A stretch of 64,000 bases of DNA from positions 68,946,001 through 69,010,000 of the forward strand of contig CM059432.1 in the NCBI GenBank assembly GCA_030390025.1, written 5' to 3'. The position numbers and the translations under genes were made by a program. Positions 13,011 through 26,496 of the stretch are shown here, piece after piece. The notes beneath the pieces are model-generated. The model ran no database searches. It worked only from the letters and a program-made list of their open reading frames with translations, and had not been told where the DNA came from. Position 1 is the first letter of the stretch. Each line of letters starts with the position of its first letter. This DNA comes from Squalus acanthias. Lineage: Eukaryota.

Positions 13011-16000
13011 AGAGTAATGAAGGATTGGGGTAGGGATTTGGGAGGGCAGAGTATCCGAGAGGAAAGGAAGTATGACGAAAGGAGAGTGCTTTTAGGGAGG
13101 GATAGAGAGAAAAGGAAAATAGGGGGAAAAAGAGGAATGGCTCAGGTCCAGTGTAACTTGCGTATGAAGCTGACAAAATAAAATTTCAGCAAGTTCTGTG
13201 AGATCACCATTTCATAAGAAAGTGCTTGTTAAACCTATTTGGTTATATAAACACATACAATTGCATTACTTGTCTCTGTGCTGAAAATGATGCATGGCTC
13301 TTTTGGCTCATCTCCCTACCAAAACAAAAAAAAATTGCTAAATACTTTTTATGAAGAGAATGTCCCTTTAAAAGCTATTTAAAAAAACTTTTGGGCCATG
13401 GCCTTACTAATTTTCTTGCTACTCTTCTTCAGGACTCTCCGACGTACCATCATTGTCTATTTTTTCTACTGTTGTTGCATTTGTACTGGAGTCACCAGTC
13501 TAATACTGACTGCACAGATGCACTGGCTAGATCTCAAACCCTCCTGCCTGGAAGGGAGCTTTATGCATTCAGCCTTGAATGTACATACCTCCTCTTCCAG
13601 AAGTGAGAATTTAAATATTTAGACCCCGTAAGCAGCACGGTGTCCATACTCTGTAAGCATTTAAATGAACCCTAAGTAGGTTTTTAAAAAATGTCCAGGA
13701 GATCCAGGGGACTGCCAAAGCATTCTTGAAATCTATCCATGTGGTGTCAAACCGAAGCAGTGTGAGACTACCTCCTCCAAATCAGGCTTTATCTCTGGAT
13801 TTACTATACAACTATAGTTTACACATTCATCGAATTATAATATTTATTTAACTGAAACTTCTATTTCCAGATTGGGTCTTGCTATTACAGACCAATTATT
13901 CTTTGTAAACAGAAAGGGTGGCTGGTCCACTCAGAAGTAAAATCATAACTGAAGGCTGAGAACTTTTTTCTGGCTAGGACGTCACGTTACAAGACACATT
14001 CTTAAGTCCGTAGCTGCGAATTCCTTCCTAGAAAGTGTGTAAAATGTGAAGCCAATAGTTGCACCTCTAGTGCCACTCCAGCTGAGATCAGTTAATGCAC
14101 AATAAGACCAGCATGCACCATAATTTTTACTGTTTCTATAGCAGGTACAACCAAATACTGCCCATTTACCCAGTAATGAATAAGTAAATGTGACTATGGA
14201 AAAAATTGTTTACATCTCCAATAGTTGGCTTTTACAACTGATCTCAAGCTCATGCCAGCACTGAAAGGGTTACCATATTTCATGCAATAATATCATCTCT
14301 GTAATTTGTTACTTCTAAATGATAACTGACAACTGCTGAATGGAGAATGTTGCAGTAAATCAATCTGATTAATATAAAACGAGTAAAACAAATCAGTTTC
14401 AGTAAAAACCTGTTTCTTTCCAATTTTCTGCCTTACTGTACTAAAGATGTTAACTCTTACTGTTTTGCTGTTCCACGGGTGGCAGCAACCCTCTAATTCC
14501 TTGCCCAGTGGCCAAGCATTGAATGTTTGCTCATCAACTGTGGAGAACATCAAAGACCAGCTTGATCAATGTGTGTGCATGCTATCCAGTGGGGAGAGTG
14601 CTAGAATTCTGCTTGATGTTTCCTCTCCCTATCCCGACGACATGGAGGTCAACTGTAGTGCCCCTGCGTGAGAGAAACTGACTCAGCACAGACCGGGAAT
14701 TGAACCTGGGAATCTTCGCCAGCTGTGTTTAGAGCATTTACCCACTAAGTCATTAGAGGAACATGGGTCAGCTCACCGTCATAAAAGCTAAGCTCGAATG
14801 TAAACAAAGTGAACACAGAAATTATTTTGTACATATAGGCCCCGATAATAATTCAGAGGTGCGTTGGGAGCGGGAGATTCCAATATCGCATGGGGAACCC
14901 AGAAGTAAGTTTAGCATGTCTGTCAGTGACATTTTAATGCAGCCACCTCATTACCTCATTATCATTTTACTCCGGGTTTGGCGTTGATTGCGCGGCAGCG
15001 GATGTGATGAGGACCCACATGACGCAATCGCAACTCCAGTATTTAAAGGACTAATCCAAAGATGGAATTTGGAGGAGTTGGGAGTTGGAAGCAAGAGAAG
15101 ATGAACTGTGAGAATGGATTCAGGACAGTCAAAGGCTGCACCCCTCTTCAATGGTGCCTCCTTGATGTACTGTTGGGGGCAGTGAGGAGCTGGAGAGAGA
15201 TACCTTTCACCAGCAATGGGAGGAAGAAACCTGCTGCTGCCACAAAGAAGGTGTGGTTGGAGGTTGCGGAGGAGGTCAGCAGTAGGCATTGTGCCACTCT
15301 CCTGGATTCAGTGCAGGAAGTACTTTAATGACCTAAACGGGTCAGGAAAGATGAGTACAGTTGCATATTCCTCTGCATCTGCCTTGTCAAGCCTACTCTA
15401 TCACATCACTCTTCACACCTATAAGATTCCAGAAGGAACCTGGTTCCTAATGATTCAAGGTTGACCCGTATTGGGGACTTACCCTGCAAGCGCGCCCATC
15501 ATTCTCTTTTGATGCACTTCCTCACATTCCACTGCCAATCACCCTCATCCTTATGCAACTTCATGCCTCTCCATGATAGTCACCCTCACCAAATGCATTC
15601 CATCCATCGGGTGAACACTTGCCAAAACAGTCACTCATAGGCCTGCTCTTTCCCCCATTGCAGAAGAGAGCGCATCCACAGATCACACAGTTGACAACTG
15701 CAGAGGAGGAAGTGCTGGCGATCAGTGGGGTCTCAGCATCCCTGGCCATAGGAGATGGGAGCCCTGCAGCCACCTGGTGACGTAATCAAATGTAATACAC
15801 ACACATGTCAGGCAACACTCATTCATGTTGACTTCATTTCAGCAGGGAGTGAAATGTGATCAGCTTCATAATAATAAGTTGCCACATTCTTATCTTGCCA
15901 GTACTAATTCATATCTTTATCTTCGATAGGGCCTTCACGCGTGCAGCAGGAGTCCATGGACATCTCGGATAACGAATCCTCAGAAGAGCACATTCGTTCT

Positions 16001-16924
16001 GAGGGTGCACCATCACAGGACTCATGCTTACCACGCATCAGTTCTGATACTCGCACTCCAGTGGGACCAGTTAGACAGATATTTGCGTTTTCACCTGGTG
16101 ACTCACACTTCACAAATGTGCAAGAGCAGATGGTGGTGGCAGGGACAGCAGTGGAGAGCCCGCGTCTGAGGGCGCAGGACGCTCCAAGCTCTGCTCAGCT
16201 GGACACAGATGCTGTACCCCGGGAATAGGTTAATCATTGAGCAGCAGCAGGTAATGTGTGATGTACTGACAGGCCTTCCAAGCACACTGACCATGATTGC
16301 AGAGAGAATGGAGGAGTCTGCCTCAAGCATGAATGGGTTGATGTCGCAGGGCATTACAATGATGTCTTTTTGCATGGATAGAGTGGCCAACTCTGTGGAA
16401 CATCAAACGTGACAATCAAATAAGTCCATGCAGGTCTTGACCATGGCCATGCACACTCTGGATGTCAACATGTCTGGCGCTATAAAAAGGATGACAGATA
16501 TTTTAGCCTTGGCCTTACATCGCGTCACTGATCTGCACCAAGCTGCTATCCAGCAAAGTGGTCACAGTGAAGTGCAGCTGGGCCATGAGAGGGATGATGG
16601 TGAAAGGTGACCCGGAAGTGGGGACTCCACTCAAAGCGCTTCGACTTCTCACCCATTGCTTCCCTCCCCCTCCACAGGTGCAGGTGGAACAATCTTTGGC
16701 GGGGCCTCACAGGCTGCAAATCCCAGAATTCGTCAGGCAAGAGCATGTCAGCTGTCAAAGCAGCTTTCCTCTACCTCTGCTGAAGCTACATGGGCTGTAC
16801 CACATAGGAGCAGCAGGAAAAGAAAGAGTAAAGCTTTTTAGTTGCACAAGGATATGCACATGGGTGTATGAGAAAATGTTATATTGTGAAGTTTCCGTTC
16901 TTTAGTAGAATCACATTAAGTATT

Positions 16925-18230
16925 TGTCATGGCTCAGTCGGTAGCACTCTCGCCTCTGAGAATGAAGATTGTGTGCTCATAGTCCCACTGCAGAGACTTG
17001 AGCACAAAAATCTAGGCTGGCATTCTCGTGCAGTGCTGAGGTATGAGGGATGATGTCTTTCAGATGAGATGTTAAACTGAGGCACCGTCTACTCTCCCAG
17101 GTGGATGTAAAAGATCCCATGATACTATTTCGAAGAAGAGCAGGGGCGTTATTCCCAGTGTCCTGGCCAATATTTAGCCCTCAATCAATATCACTAAAAC
17201 AGATTATCTGGTCATTATCACATTGCTGTTTGTGGGAGCTTGCTGTGCACAAATTGGCTGCCGCGTTTCCTACATTCCTACCGGCATGGACTCGATGGGC
17301 CGAATGGCCTCCTTCTGTGCCGGTATGACTCTATGGGGGAAAAATTCAGCTGCTTGCGCCTCCCGTTAGCGCCTTAAGAGGGCGCTAATGGGGCGTAAAG
17401 CAGCTAACGCCCGGGCGCAGCGCCGCCCACGCCTCCTGAAAAATTTAGTGGGAGGTTAGCGGCGGCGGCAGCCGGTAGCGCCCTGTGGCGCTGCGCCGCC
17501 GGCGATGACGTCATCGCCGTGCGCAGCACCCCGCTCGCGCCCCGGCCGTGATCTTCAGTCGCGCCCCCTGATTTACCGCCAGACGCTATGTCCGACGGGT
17601 TCAGGGAGGCGTACGTGCGGCCGGGGCGGCGATATTTAAAGGGGAGGTGGCAGGCGGCCATTTTTGTTGCTGGCCGCCTGCCAGCACCTGTCCCCGTTGC
17701 TGTCCCCGGCCCCCGTGAAGCCCCCCCACCGTGAAGTGCCGGCTGCGCTCCAAGAGCCCGGCACTTCTCTTGAGTGCCGGGCTCTTTTGCCGGCACTCCC
17801 GATCCCTGGGGGCCCAGCTGGGCCCCGGTTCGCGCTGCGCAGGGTCCCTCCCCTTTAAGAAGGGGAGGAAGGCCTGCAATACCGCGGCGCGACGTGCCGC
17901 AGCGCGTGGCGCTGCGACACGTCGCGCCAGGATATTCACTCGCAGCGCCCCAAGAGTGATGCGGGGTGCTTCCAGTGGCGCCCCGCTTCCCTCTTGGGGC
18001 GCAACCACTGAAGTTCCGGCGCGGGGCCGCTAATTTTTTCGGGGCGCTAAAAGTCGCGCCCCGGCGAGGTTAGCGCCCCAAATGGGGCGCGACCTAATTT
18101 CTACCTCTATGACTTATGACTCTATTACAACAGAGACTACAGTTCAAAACAAGTACCTCATTGGCCTTAAAGTGGTTTGGGACATGCTGATGTCATGATA
18201 GGTGCTATATAAATGCAAGTCTTTCTTTCA
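16925..18230 (+). mobile_element. tRNA-headed Deu-domain SINE (SacSINE1/AmnSINE1-like) with L2-type tail, split by a CR1 tail and a MITE
   Basis: Head TGGCTCAGTCGGTAGCACTCTCGCCTCTGAG. Deu-like core GTCTTTCAGATGAGATGTTAAACTGAGG..AAAGATCCCATG..GTGTCCTGGCCAA. Tail GGTGCTATATAAATGCAAGT is shared with the L2 3' ends here. Confidence 0.7.
17335..18107. mobile_element. GC-rich Harbinger MITE, family C (non-autonomous relative of 2069-6612)
   Basis: Termini GGGGGAAAAATTCAG / CTAATTTCTACCTC, TSD TAT. Both ends align to the ends of 2069-6612. Inserted in a CR1 tail microsatellite. Confidence 0.85.
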
Positions 18231-18469
18231 TATAAAATTTACTACTCTGCACCACTTCCCTGCCTTGCCCATTCTTGGTTGCTGGGTGACAAGTTGGCTT
18301 TTAACTTACTTGTTGATGAATGGGAAGATATGAATTGACAGGGACCAATGGGGGAGATGCGCAAGGAGTGGTTGTTTGTTTGCAGGACTGCTTTGTGTCA
18401 GTGGCATTGGGAAGGGTAGGAAGAGTGGTCATCGCATGTGGTTCTGACATCAATCCACTGTTGCAACCT

Positions 18470-19625
18470 AAGTGAACCTTGGCATAAGGGCATCCTCGCA
18501 TCCCGGGCAGCAATGTGAGCAGCTGGTGCTGCATTGCCCTCATCACCTTCCTCCTCCTCGTCTTCCTCCTCCTCCTCTTCGAAATCGTCCACAGACAATG
18601 TGTGCTCTTCGTCTTGTTCCTTCTGCAGGTCCAAACCTTGTGCAGAGCGCAGCACACCACAACCATTCTGGACACCCTGGCTGGTGCAGACTGAAGGGTG
18701 CCTCCAGATCTGTCTAGGTACCTGAAGCGCATCTTCAGCATGCCGACGGTTTGTTTGATCACACATCTGGTGGTCATATGGCATTCATTGTAGCAATGTT
18801 TGGCTTCATTTGTTGGGTTTCTGACGGGTGTCATCAGCCAAGTTTGAAGTGGGGTATCCCTTGTCTCTGAGCAGCCACCCCTTAAGTGTGCTTGCAGGTC
18901 TAAAGATGTCAGGGAGCTTGCCGCAGGACGAAAGTATCATGGCAGAACCCCAAGAATCTTGTGCACACCTTTCTGTGATTGCACACCAGCTGCACATTGA
19001 TGGAGTGGAAGCCCTTGCGTTTCATGAATACTCCTGGTTTATCTGGGGGTGCACAGATTGCCACGTGTGTGCAGTCGATGACTCCCTGCACCTGTGGGAA
19101 GCCAGCCAGAGATGCAAACCCGAGTACCCATTCATTCTGACTGTCATCATTACAGGCAAAATTCACATAATTGGCGGCCCTAGCAAACAAGTCATCAGTC
19201 ACCTGTCTTATGCATTTGTGGGCTGCCGACTGGGAGATCCTGGATATTGCTCTGGCAGAGCCCTGGAAGGATTGGGAGGCAATAAAGTTGAGGGTGGTGA
19301 TCAATTTCACAGCCATTGGTAATGCATGGCCACCAGGTCCAGCAGGGAGCAAGTCTTCTTCTAGGAGCCTGCAGATGTCTGCCACCACCTGATGCAACAA
19401 CCTGAGCCTCCTGAAGCACTGCTATTCCAACATGTCAAGGAAACTCAACCTCTGCCTGTACACCCTATGTTGTGGGCAGTGCCTCCTGTGAGCTGCACCC
19501 CTCTGCAGCTGCCCTCTCTGCTGTCCATCTGCAGGTCTCTAAACAGCAGGCTGCTGCTGCTGCTGGTGCTGGTTAGACAGCTCCTCCTCCGAGGTCCAAT
19601 CGAAGGCAGCCAAGGCGCCACCTAT
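18470..19625 (-). pseudogene. Harbinger DDE transposase, decayed
   Basis: [59 protein letters not shown] and CCALH, spread across frames. Confidence 0.88.
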
Positions 19626-20323
19626 TCTGTCTGATGTGATTCAGAAAACCTCAGTGTAAAACGTAAACTCTCAGCAAAAGTAGCATGAACAAATCCTTTC
19701 CCGCTAGTAAGTAAGAAAGCTGCTGTGAGAACTGAGTATTTATTGCAGTATTTCCATGCGTTCTAATCAGCCTCTCAATTGCCGTTGTGTTCTCGCCTTG
19801 CTTTCAATGGCGAGTTTCATGAAGCCCGGGAAACCTGTGGATGCGATGTTAAAAGTGTGTTGGAATATCGCTCCAATTGAACGATTACCATATGTTAATA
19901 GGCAACCCGCCTATCCCAAGGGAGGTACGCGCAACTAGCCTAATGCGCCCGAGTTAAACGTGGAAATTGGCAAGTTGGAGCAGGCTTTCCGACGCGATCA
20001 CATTTTTGCTGGATTTAAGCCCCACCCGCACTCAAACCCACATGCTCCTCCAGGTTAAAATTCTTCCCATTGTACCACTCGAAAGATTTTATCCTTTTTT
20101 ATGCATTAAAATAGAAACATTCTTGGAGTGTAGGATTCTACTTTGTCTGGATCTATGCGAATGAAATGGAATCACATCCATTTCAATTCACACCTCATCC
20201 AAATGTTTCTCTTTGTACAGAACTGGAGCTCTTTGAAACAGAAACCCAAACCACACAGGCTCAGAGTACAAATAGAATAGGTATACTTTGTCACTGTAGA
20301 TTAACTTTAAATACCTTGCTAAT

Positions 20324-21065
20324 GGCCCAAAAATTAGTCTTGCTACGCGAGAGTATGCACTGTGTACTCTCGCGTATTCTGTCTCCAATTGCCGGTTTTC
20401 TGCATGCACTGCGCATGCGCTGAAAACCGGCACTTGGTGAATGGAAAAGGGGGCGGGTCCTAGGTGCACCGCGTGCGCGCTACAGGCTGCGTGCACACTG
20501 TGCACTTAGTGGTTTCAACGCGCAGGTAAGTACGGAAGATTCTACACATAAAAAAAGGAGGAGTAAGACCCACTTTTAACAAGGTAAGTAGTGAATTAAG
20601 TATTATTTTGAATTTTTTTTAACAGGTATATCTTTTTTAGAGACTTTAAAGACAGGTAAGTTTATTTTTATAACTTTTTAAAAGATTTTAAATTTTATCA
20701 AAAATTTAATTTTTTATTTAAAATGGTTAATTTATTTAACTATACTTATTTTATTAATGTGATGGTTTTTTTTAAATTTAATTGAGGTTTAGCGGTTCTT
20801 TTGGGGGGCTATAGTATTCATAACTTTCACAGCACTTATGTGAAAGTTATGAATGGAAGATGGTGTGCTGCCATTGGCTCTAACTGAGTCACGTGATCCC
20901 ACAGCTCGCACGAATTAACTACGCCAGTGGGATATGCAAGCCCAGCACAGCAGCTGTCCAGAACATCAAGTTCGTGCGAGCTGGAACTGAAAAAGCCAAC
21001 GCGGAGTGAGAGATCGCGGGGAGGCCTTACCCTCGCACGAAGGCTTCCTCACGAATTTTTGGGCC
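20324..21065. mobile_element. Harbinger-type MITE, family A (opposite orientation)
   Basis: Perfect 12-bp TIR GGCCCAAAAATT / AATTTTTGGGCC, TSD AAT. Confidence 0.88.
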
Positions 21066-21097
21066 AATATATTCGAACAAAATGATGAATTTGGTGG

Positions 21098-22285
21098 GCA
21101 GGCAGGTTCCGCCAGGACCACTCGGCTCCAGACCTCATTACAGCCTTGCTCCAAACATGGACAAAGGAGCTGAATTCCAGAGGTGAGGTGAGAGTGACTG
21201 CCCTTGACATCAAGGCAGCATTTGACCGAGTGTGGCATCAAGGAGCCCGAGTAAACTGAAGTCAGTGGGAATCGGGGGAAAATGCTCCACTGGCTGGATT
21301 CATACCTACCACAAAGGAAGAAGGTTGTGGTGGTTGGAGGTCAATCATCTCAGCCCCTGGACATCGCTGCAGGAGCTCCTCAGGGCAGTGTCCTAGGCCC
21401 AACCATCTTCAGCTGCTTCATCAATAACCTTCCCACCAGAAGTGGAGATGTTTGCTGATGACTGAGCAGTGTTCAGTTCCATTCGCAACTCCTCAGAAAA
21501 TGAAGCAGTCCATGTCCACATGCTGCAAGACTTGGATGACATTCAGGCTTGGACTGATAAGTGGCAAGTAACATTCGTGCCACACAATGCCAGGCAATGA
21601 CTATCTCCAACAAGAGAGAGTCTTACCACCTTCCCTTGACATTCAACAGCATAACCATCGCTGAATCCCCCACCATTTACACCCTGGGGGTCACCATTGA
21701 CCAGAAACTTAACTGGACCAGCCACATAAATACTGTGGCTACAAGAGCAGGTCAGAGGCTGGGTATTCTGCAGCGAGTGTCTACCTCCTGACTCCCCAAA
21801 GCCTTTCCACCATCTACAAGGCACAAGTCAGGAGTGTGATGGAATACTCTCCACTTGCCTGGTTGAGTGCAGCTCCAAAAAACACTCAAGAAGCTCGACA
21901 CCATCCAGGACAAAGCAGCCCGCTTGATTGGCACCCCATCCACCACCTTAAACATTCACTCCCTCCACCACCGGTGTACCGTGGCTGCAGTGTGTACCAT
22001 CTACAAGATGCACTGCAGCAACTCGCCAAGGCTTCTTTGGCAGCACCTCCCAAACCCGTGACCACTACCACCATCCTGACTTGGAAATATATCGCCGTTC
22101 TTTCAACGTTGCTGGGTCAAAATCCTGGAAATTCCTCCTTAGCAGCACTATGGGAGTGCCTTCACCTCACGGACTGCAGCGGTTCAAGAGGGTGGCTTGC
22201 CACCACCTTCTCAAGGGCAATTAGGGATGGGCAATAAATACTGGTCTTGCCAGTGACGCCCACATCCCAGGAATGAATAAAAATA
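21098..22285 (+). mobile_element. 5'-truncated LINE of a third family (CR1/L2 supergroup, clade not assigned)
   Basis: RT motifs FRQDHSAPDL, VTALDIKAAFDRVWH, PQGSVLGP, FADD, IYKAQVRSVMEY. Tail ..CCCACATCCCAGGAATGAATAAAAA. Confidence 0.8.
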
Positions 22286-23330
22286 AACCTCAGTTTTTGG
22301 AACACATTATACTCTCTGGGGTTCGAAAATGTGTTAAAAAGTACCGGAAAATGTCAGAACTAAGTTTGGATTTTGCATTATTCAAGCTAGTTCATACTGC
22401 ATAAAGAATTACCTCTGAACTGAATTAATTTAATTGAATGACTTTAAAATTCAGTCACTTCCCAAATGTTATCAGTAATTATATCAGCAATCAATTGTGG
22501 TTCCACAATGAAGAGTGGTTAGAATGTGGAACTGAAGTAGTTGAGGCAAATCGTATAGATGCATTTAAGGTGAAGCTAGCTAAGTACGTGGGAGAAAGGA
22601 ACAGAAGGATATACTGATAGAGTTAGATGAAGTAGGGTGGGAGAAGGTGCAGAGCCAAATGGCCTATTTCTGTGCTGAAAATTCTATGTAACGTAATTCT
22701 ACTGTGACTGGGAGGTGGCACTGAAGCAGCATGAGCATGTCTTTAGCAGTCCTACTTTTCCACTGAGTTGGGGCCACTTCGGTCTCTGTTGCACACCATC
22801 CAGCAGTCTACCAATAGTAACTAAAGGGAGACTGAGCTGGATTTGTAAGCATTCTTGGGACTTGAAGATGACTGGTGAGGAGTCACGCACTCGATCACAT
22901 CAATGACTGGGCTGCTTTCAGTGGCCACTAATTTAAAGTCATTGCTTATCTTTGACTACAACAACCAGTGATAGATCACACACTTCCTTGGTCTTTCAAT
23001 TAAGATTTTAGATACACTATTCAGGTGATTGATGGTGAGGCATAAATAACTCTGATGCTATCTTTCTATCGCACCTCCTGGGCTTGGCATGTTTGGCAGG
23101 AAATGCCCTGGAATAATTAGTTAATTAAAGACAAATTAGTGTATGTTAACTGGAAATAAATTGAGTTAACAGTTACTGGAATTAACTGGTTAAACTTGAA
23201 ATAAATTCAATTCCCTGGTACATGCTGTGCAGCCTGACATAAAATTAGGATAACACTGCACAAAATATAATATTTAAAAATAAAATGGAATTTTTTGCAA
23301 TTGAATATGTCAGAAATCTTTTGTTTGAAA

Positions 23331-23791
23331 CCCATCATCCCTATGCTCACTGACCTACATTGACACCCAGTCTGGCAAAGCCTCGATTTTAAAATTCTCA
23401 TCCTTGTTTTTAAATCCCTCCATGGCCACGCCCCTCCCTATCTCTGTAACCTCCTCCAGTCACCAACCCTCCGAGGTCTCTGCGATCCTCCAATTCTGGC
23501 CTCTTGCGCATCCCCGATTTCCATTGCTCCACCATTGGCAGTCGTGCCTTCAGCTGCCGAGGCTCTAAGCTTTGGAATTCCATTCCTAAACCTTTCCGCC
23601 TCTCCAGGTCTCTCTCCTCCTTTAAGGCGCTCCTTAAAACCTACCTCTTTGACTAAGCTTTTGGTCACCTGTCCTAATATCTCATTATGTGGCTTGGTGT
23701 CAAATTTTATTTGATAACGCTCCTGTGAAGCATCTTGGGATGTTTTACTACGTTAAAGGTGCTATATAAATACAAGTTGTTCTTGTTGTTG
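23331..23791 (+). mobile_element. L2 3' fragment
   Basis: Matches the reverse complement of 9730-10190. Ends GCTATATAAATACAAGTTGTT. Confidence 0.85.
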
Positions 23792-23900
23792 AAACACTGT
23801 AACTTTAAGGCCGAAGGATGGTGAATGTGGAGTGCACCAAGATGCTCAGTAAGATTTCATCAATCGCTTGAATAATAGCTTATTTGAAGCAAAGTACATT

Positions 23901-24067
23901 GACCCTGAAATTCTGTTGGGGTTCTACTGCTTTCCTGCTTAACTCCGGCAGGAGACTGTGAAGCCCCAGGGTGGACAAGGCCATTTTCCGCCATCTACAT
24001 ATTTTCTTGGGTGTTCTACAGATGTCCAGCTGTAATTACAATAGAACTCCTGTGGAATTTCAAGGCC
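23901..24067. mobile_element. Possible short old Harbinger-type MITE
   Basis: Imperfect TIR GACCCTGAAATTC / GAATTTCAAGGCC. No matching TSD. Confidence 0.35.
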
Positions 24068-24754
24068 GACATTCTTTACAGCACCTTTATGTCAAAGAAC
24101 CACTGTACAGTTCAGTTCTTACTAACAGATAGTGATAATGTTACAAATACTTCTGAAGCCTTCAAATGGGATGTTAATGCAGAAGGATGTACTTGCAATG
24201 TAAATTACTTATTTTCCTCTGATTACTCTGACACTGAATGAAGCTGCCCACCTTGAGCTCACCCTGCGCAAGTTGTTGAAGGCTGGGTATGGCTTTGAAG
24301 TCCCTAGAATTTCCTTTAGTTTCTGTCCAGTTCCCTTCTCCAGGAAACACCGCCAATATAAAGGTGTCAGTACAGGGATCAGTACAGTGTCCCAGAGATG
24401 GTAAAGCACAGAGAAGACCATGAGGTAGATTGTCATCTTCACTGCCTAGGCGATAATCTGGTGGAATGGATCGCCCGCCCTTTATAGACCCCACCTGATT
24501 TTCATTCTATTCATTTTTACAGACCAAAGAGGCTCTATCTGATTTTCTTTACCTATACACAATGTCTAAGATGCCAGTGGTTTTCGCTAGATACAGTAAA
24601 TGTGAGTTGCAAGGTGTTGGCACCTGCCCTGCAACTTCTTTACACAGCTTTGTCAGTTGCCCTAAAGATAATAACAGCTTTTAAATTTTTATGTGACTGA
24701 ATGTTTGCATGTGGCCCCTGGTAACATAAGTCACATGCTCAATCAGCAGTGCAC

Positions 24755-25946
24755 CTCTGCATTAAGCAAGTGATGGATGTCCTGTTCAGGCAGGCCTCAG
24801 ATTTCATTACCTTCCCCATGGACCCACTAAGGCAGAGAGATAGAGCAATCAGTCAAGTGGAAAGATTCCCCTAAGTGTAAAGTGCCATTGATGCGACACA
24901 TGTTCCTGTCATCGGCCGCTAGCTGTACATTGATAGAGTGATACCCTTTTCTGTTGGTGAATATTGCTGGCACATGATCCGTGCCCTAATAGCCACATGT
25001 GTACAGTCAATCATGCCCTGCATGCGAGGGGAGCCAGCGACTGCCGCAAAGCCATGAACTCTGTCCTGTTGACTTTTGAGATTAGTGAGGAAGGTGATCT
25101 ACTGCTCGGCCCTGGCAAAGAGGGTGTCGGGCATTTACTTTATGCAGTTCTGAACTGCAGACTGCAAGACTCGGCTGATATCCACTGTTGCAAACTGAAA
25201 GGATCAAGTGGCGTAAAAATTCAGAGCTATGGTGACTTTGAGGGCCACTGACAAAGAATGCTCCCCTAGTCCAGCAGGCAGCAGGTCTTGTTGCAGGAGG
25301 TTGCAGAGGTCTGCGATAGCCTGCTTGGAGAAGTGCAGCCTTCTCCTGCACTGCTCCTCAGTTAGATCCAGGAAGGTGAGTCTTGGCCTGTAGACTTTGC
25401 TGGGTATGGTCTCCTGTGCACAGCTCCCCTCAGCTGATGTGTTCTGGGCAACCCAGCTGCCGGATTTGGTGCTTGCTGAGGCTGCTGCTGGTCCTCTTCC
25501 TCCAAGTCTTCCTCTATCCAGAAGAAAGAAGCAATAATGGCTCCCATTATAAGAGACACCTGACTAAAGCTTTGTACTGCAACAAAAGTGTAGAGGTCGT
25601 GATCTGGACACTGGCAACACTCCTGGAAATCTAGACAGCAAAAGATCCTGGGACCAGTGAGCTGCAGGTGAGAGCCCTCTTTCATAGTGTTTCAGGCGCT
25701 CTCAGATACCAATCCCACTCAGTCTTGTTGGCGGATTTGAGAGTGGATGGGGCATCTGCGATTTGTAGTTAAAATGCAATGGGGCAGGTTTTAAGTAGGA
25801 CCCAGCTTGCCTGGGGTGGGTGCCTGACACGCAGCCACAAACAGGTCAGTTAAAATGGTGCAGGTGCGAACAGTACGGGAAAGGGACGAGGCGGCCACAG
25901 ATGTGACTTTAACTATTCCTGCTGGTTGGTGGGTTAAAAGCGGCCC
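24755..25946. mobile_element. Two opposed, highly decayed Harbinger transposase remnants
   Basis: + strand ~24757-24905 reads CIKQVMDVLFRQASDFITFPMD..AIDATHV. - strand ~25550-24980 reads [42 protein letters not shown]. Confidence 0.7.
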
Positions 25947-26496
25947 TATAGTTTCTGTGTAAAGCTTTGTTTTGTGATATTGTCCTAAAGTAAGGAAATG
26001 AAAGCGGCATGGACCCGTTGGGCCGAATGGTCTGTTTCTGTGGTGTACATTCTATATATAATTCTATGTAATACGGCGGATGTTACAGATGTGGAGAAGG
26101 GCTACAGCAGAACTTTGACGTCTTGATTACATAATTCACCTAAAATTGTTAGCAGCAAAAATGCTGTGGCAACCAGTTGGTCTGAATAATTGGGCTTTTA
26201 TAGTCAACTGTGGAAAATTTGGATTACAACTTTTCTACAATTTCAACAAGGAGAGTTAATGTGGTGGCAAAAGGGCATGACTGGCATCACTTTGAGTGGT
26301 TGAAACCATACTGCTGCTTCCTCTATAAGCGGTGAAGCAATCTCATTGACCAGTAACCTCTGCTGGCCGTGTACCAAAAAGAATCTTAAAACAACTGTAT
26401 CACTTGCAAACAGCAAGCCAGGGAAATGTGGAACTGAGCTTGCACTTGCACGTAAAATCAAGCTGTTGTTTTAATTTTATGTTAAGACCTATCACT

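Larger units (their letters stand above)
14838..20068 (-). mobile_element. Harbinger transposon, family B, decayed, with nested SINE/CR1/MITE
   Basis: Termini GGCCCCGATAATAATTC and GTTAAAATTCTTCCC. Myb gene on + (~15100-16840: VLLGAVRSWREI, KKVWLEVAEEVS, WIQCRKYFNDL). Transposase on - (~18470-19625). Confidence 0.85.

Noticed and set aside
13391..13622. Short hydrophobic, Cys-rich ORFs after a pyrimidine tract
   Set aside because: No recognisable product; compatible with chance.
17335..18107. Host CpG-island promoter and GC-rich ORFs
   Set aside because: Bounded by TIRs and a TSD, with a second copy at 39.4-39.8 kb.
24174..24494. Possible host exon (ORFs at 24209-24442 and 24174-24494, minus strand)
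   Set aside because: Splice-like signals exist on both strands, but there is no recognisable homology or partner exon.
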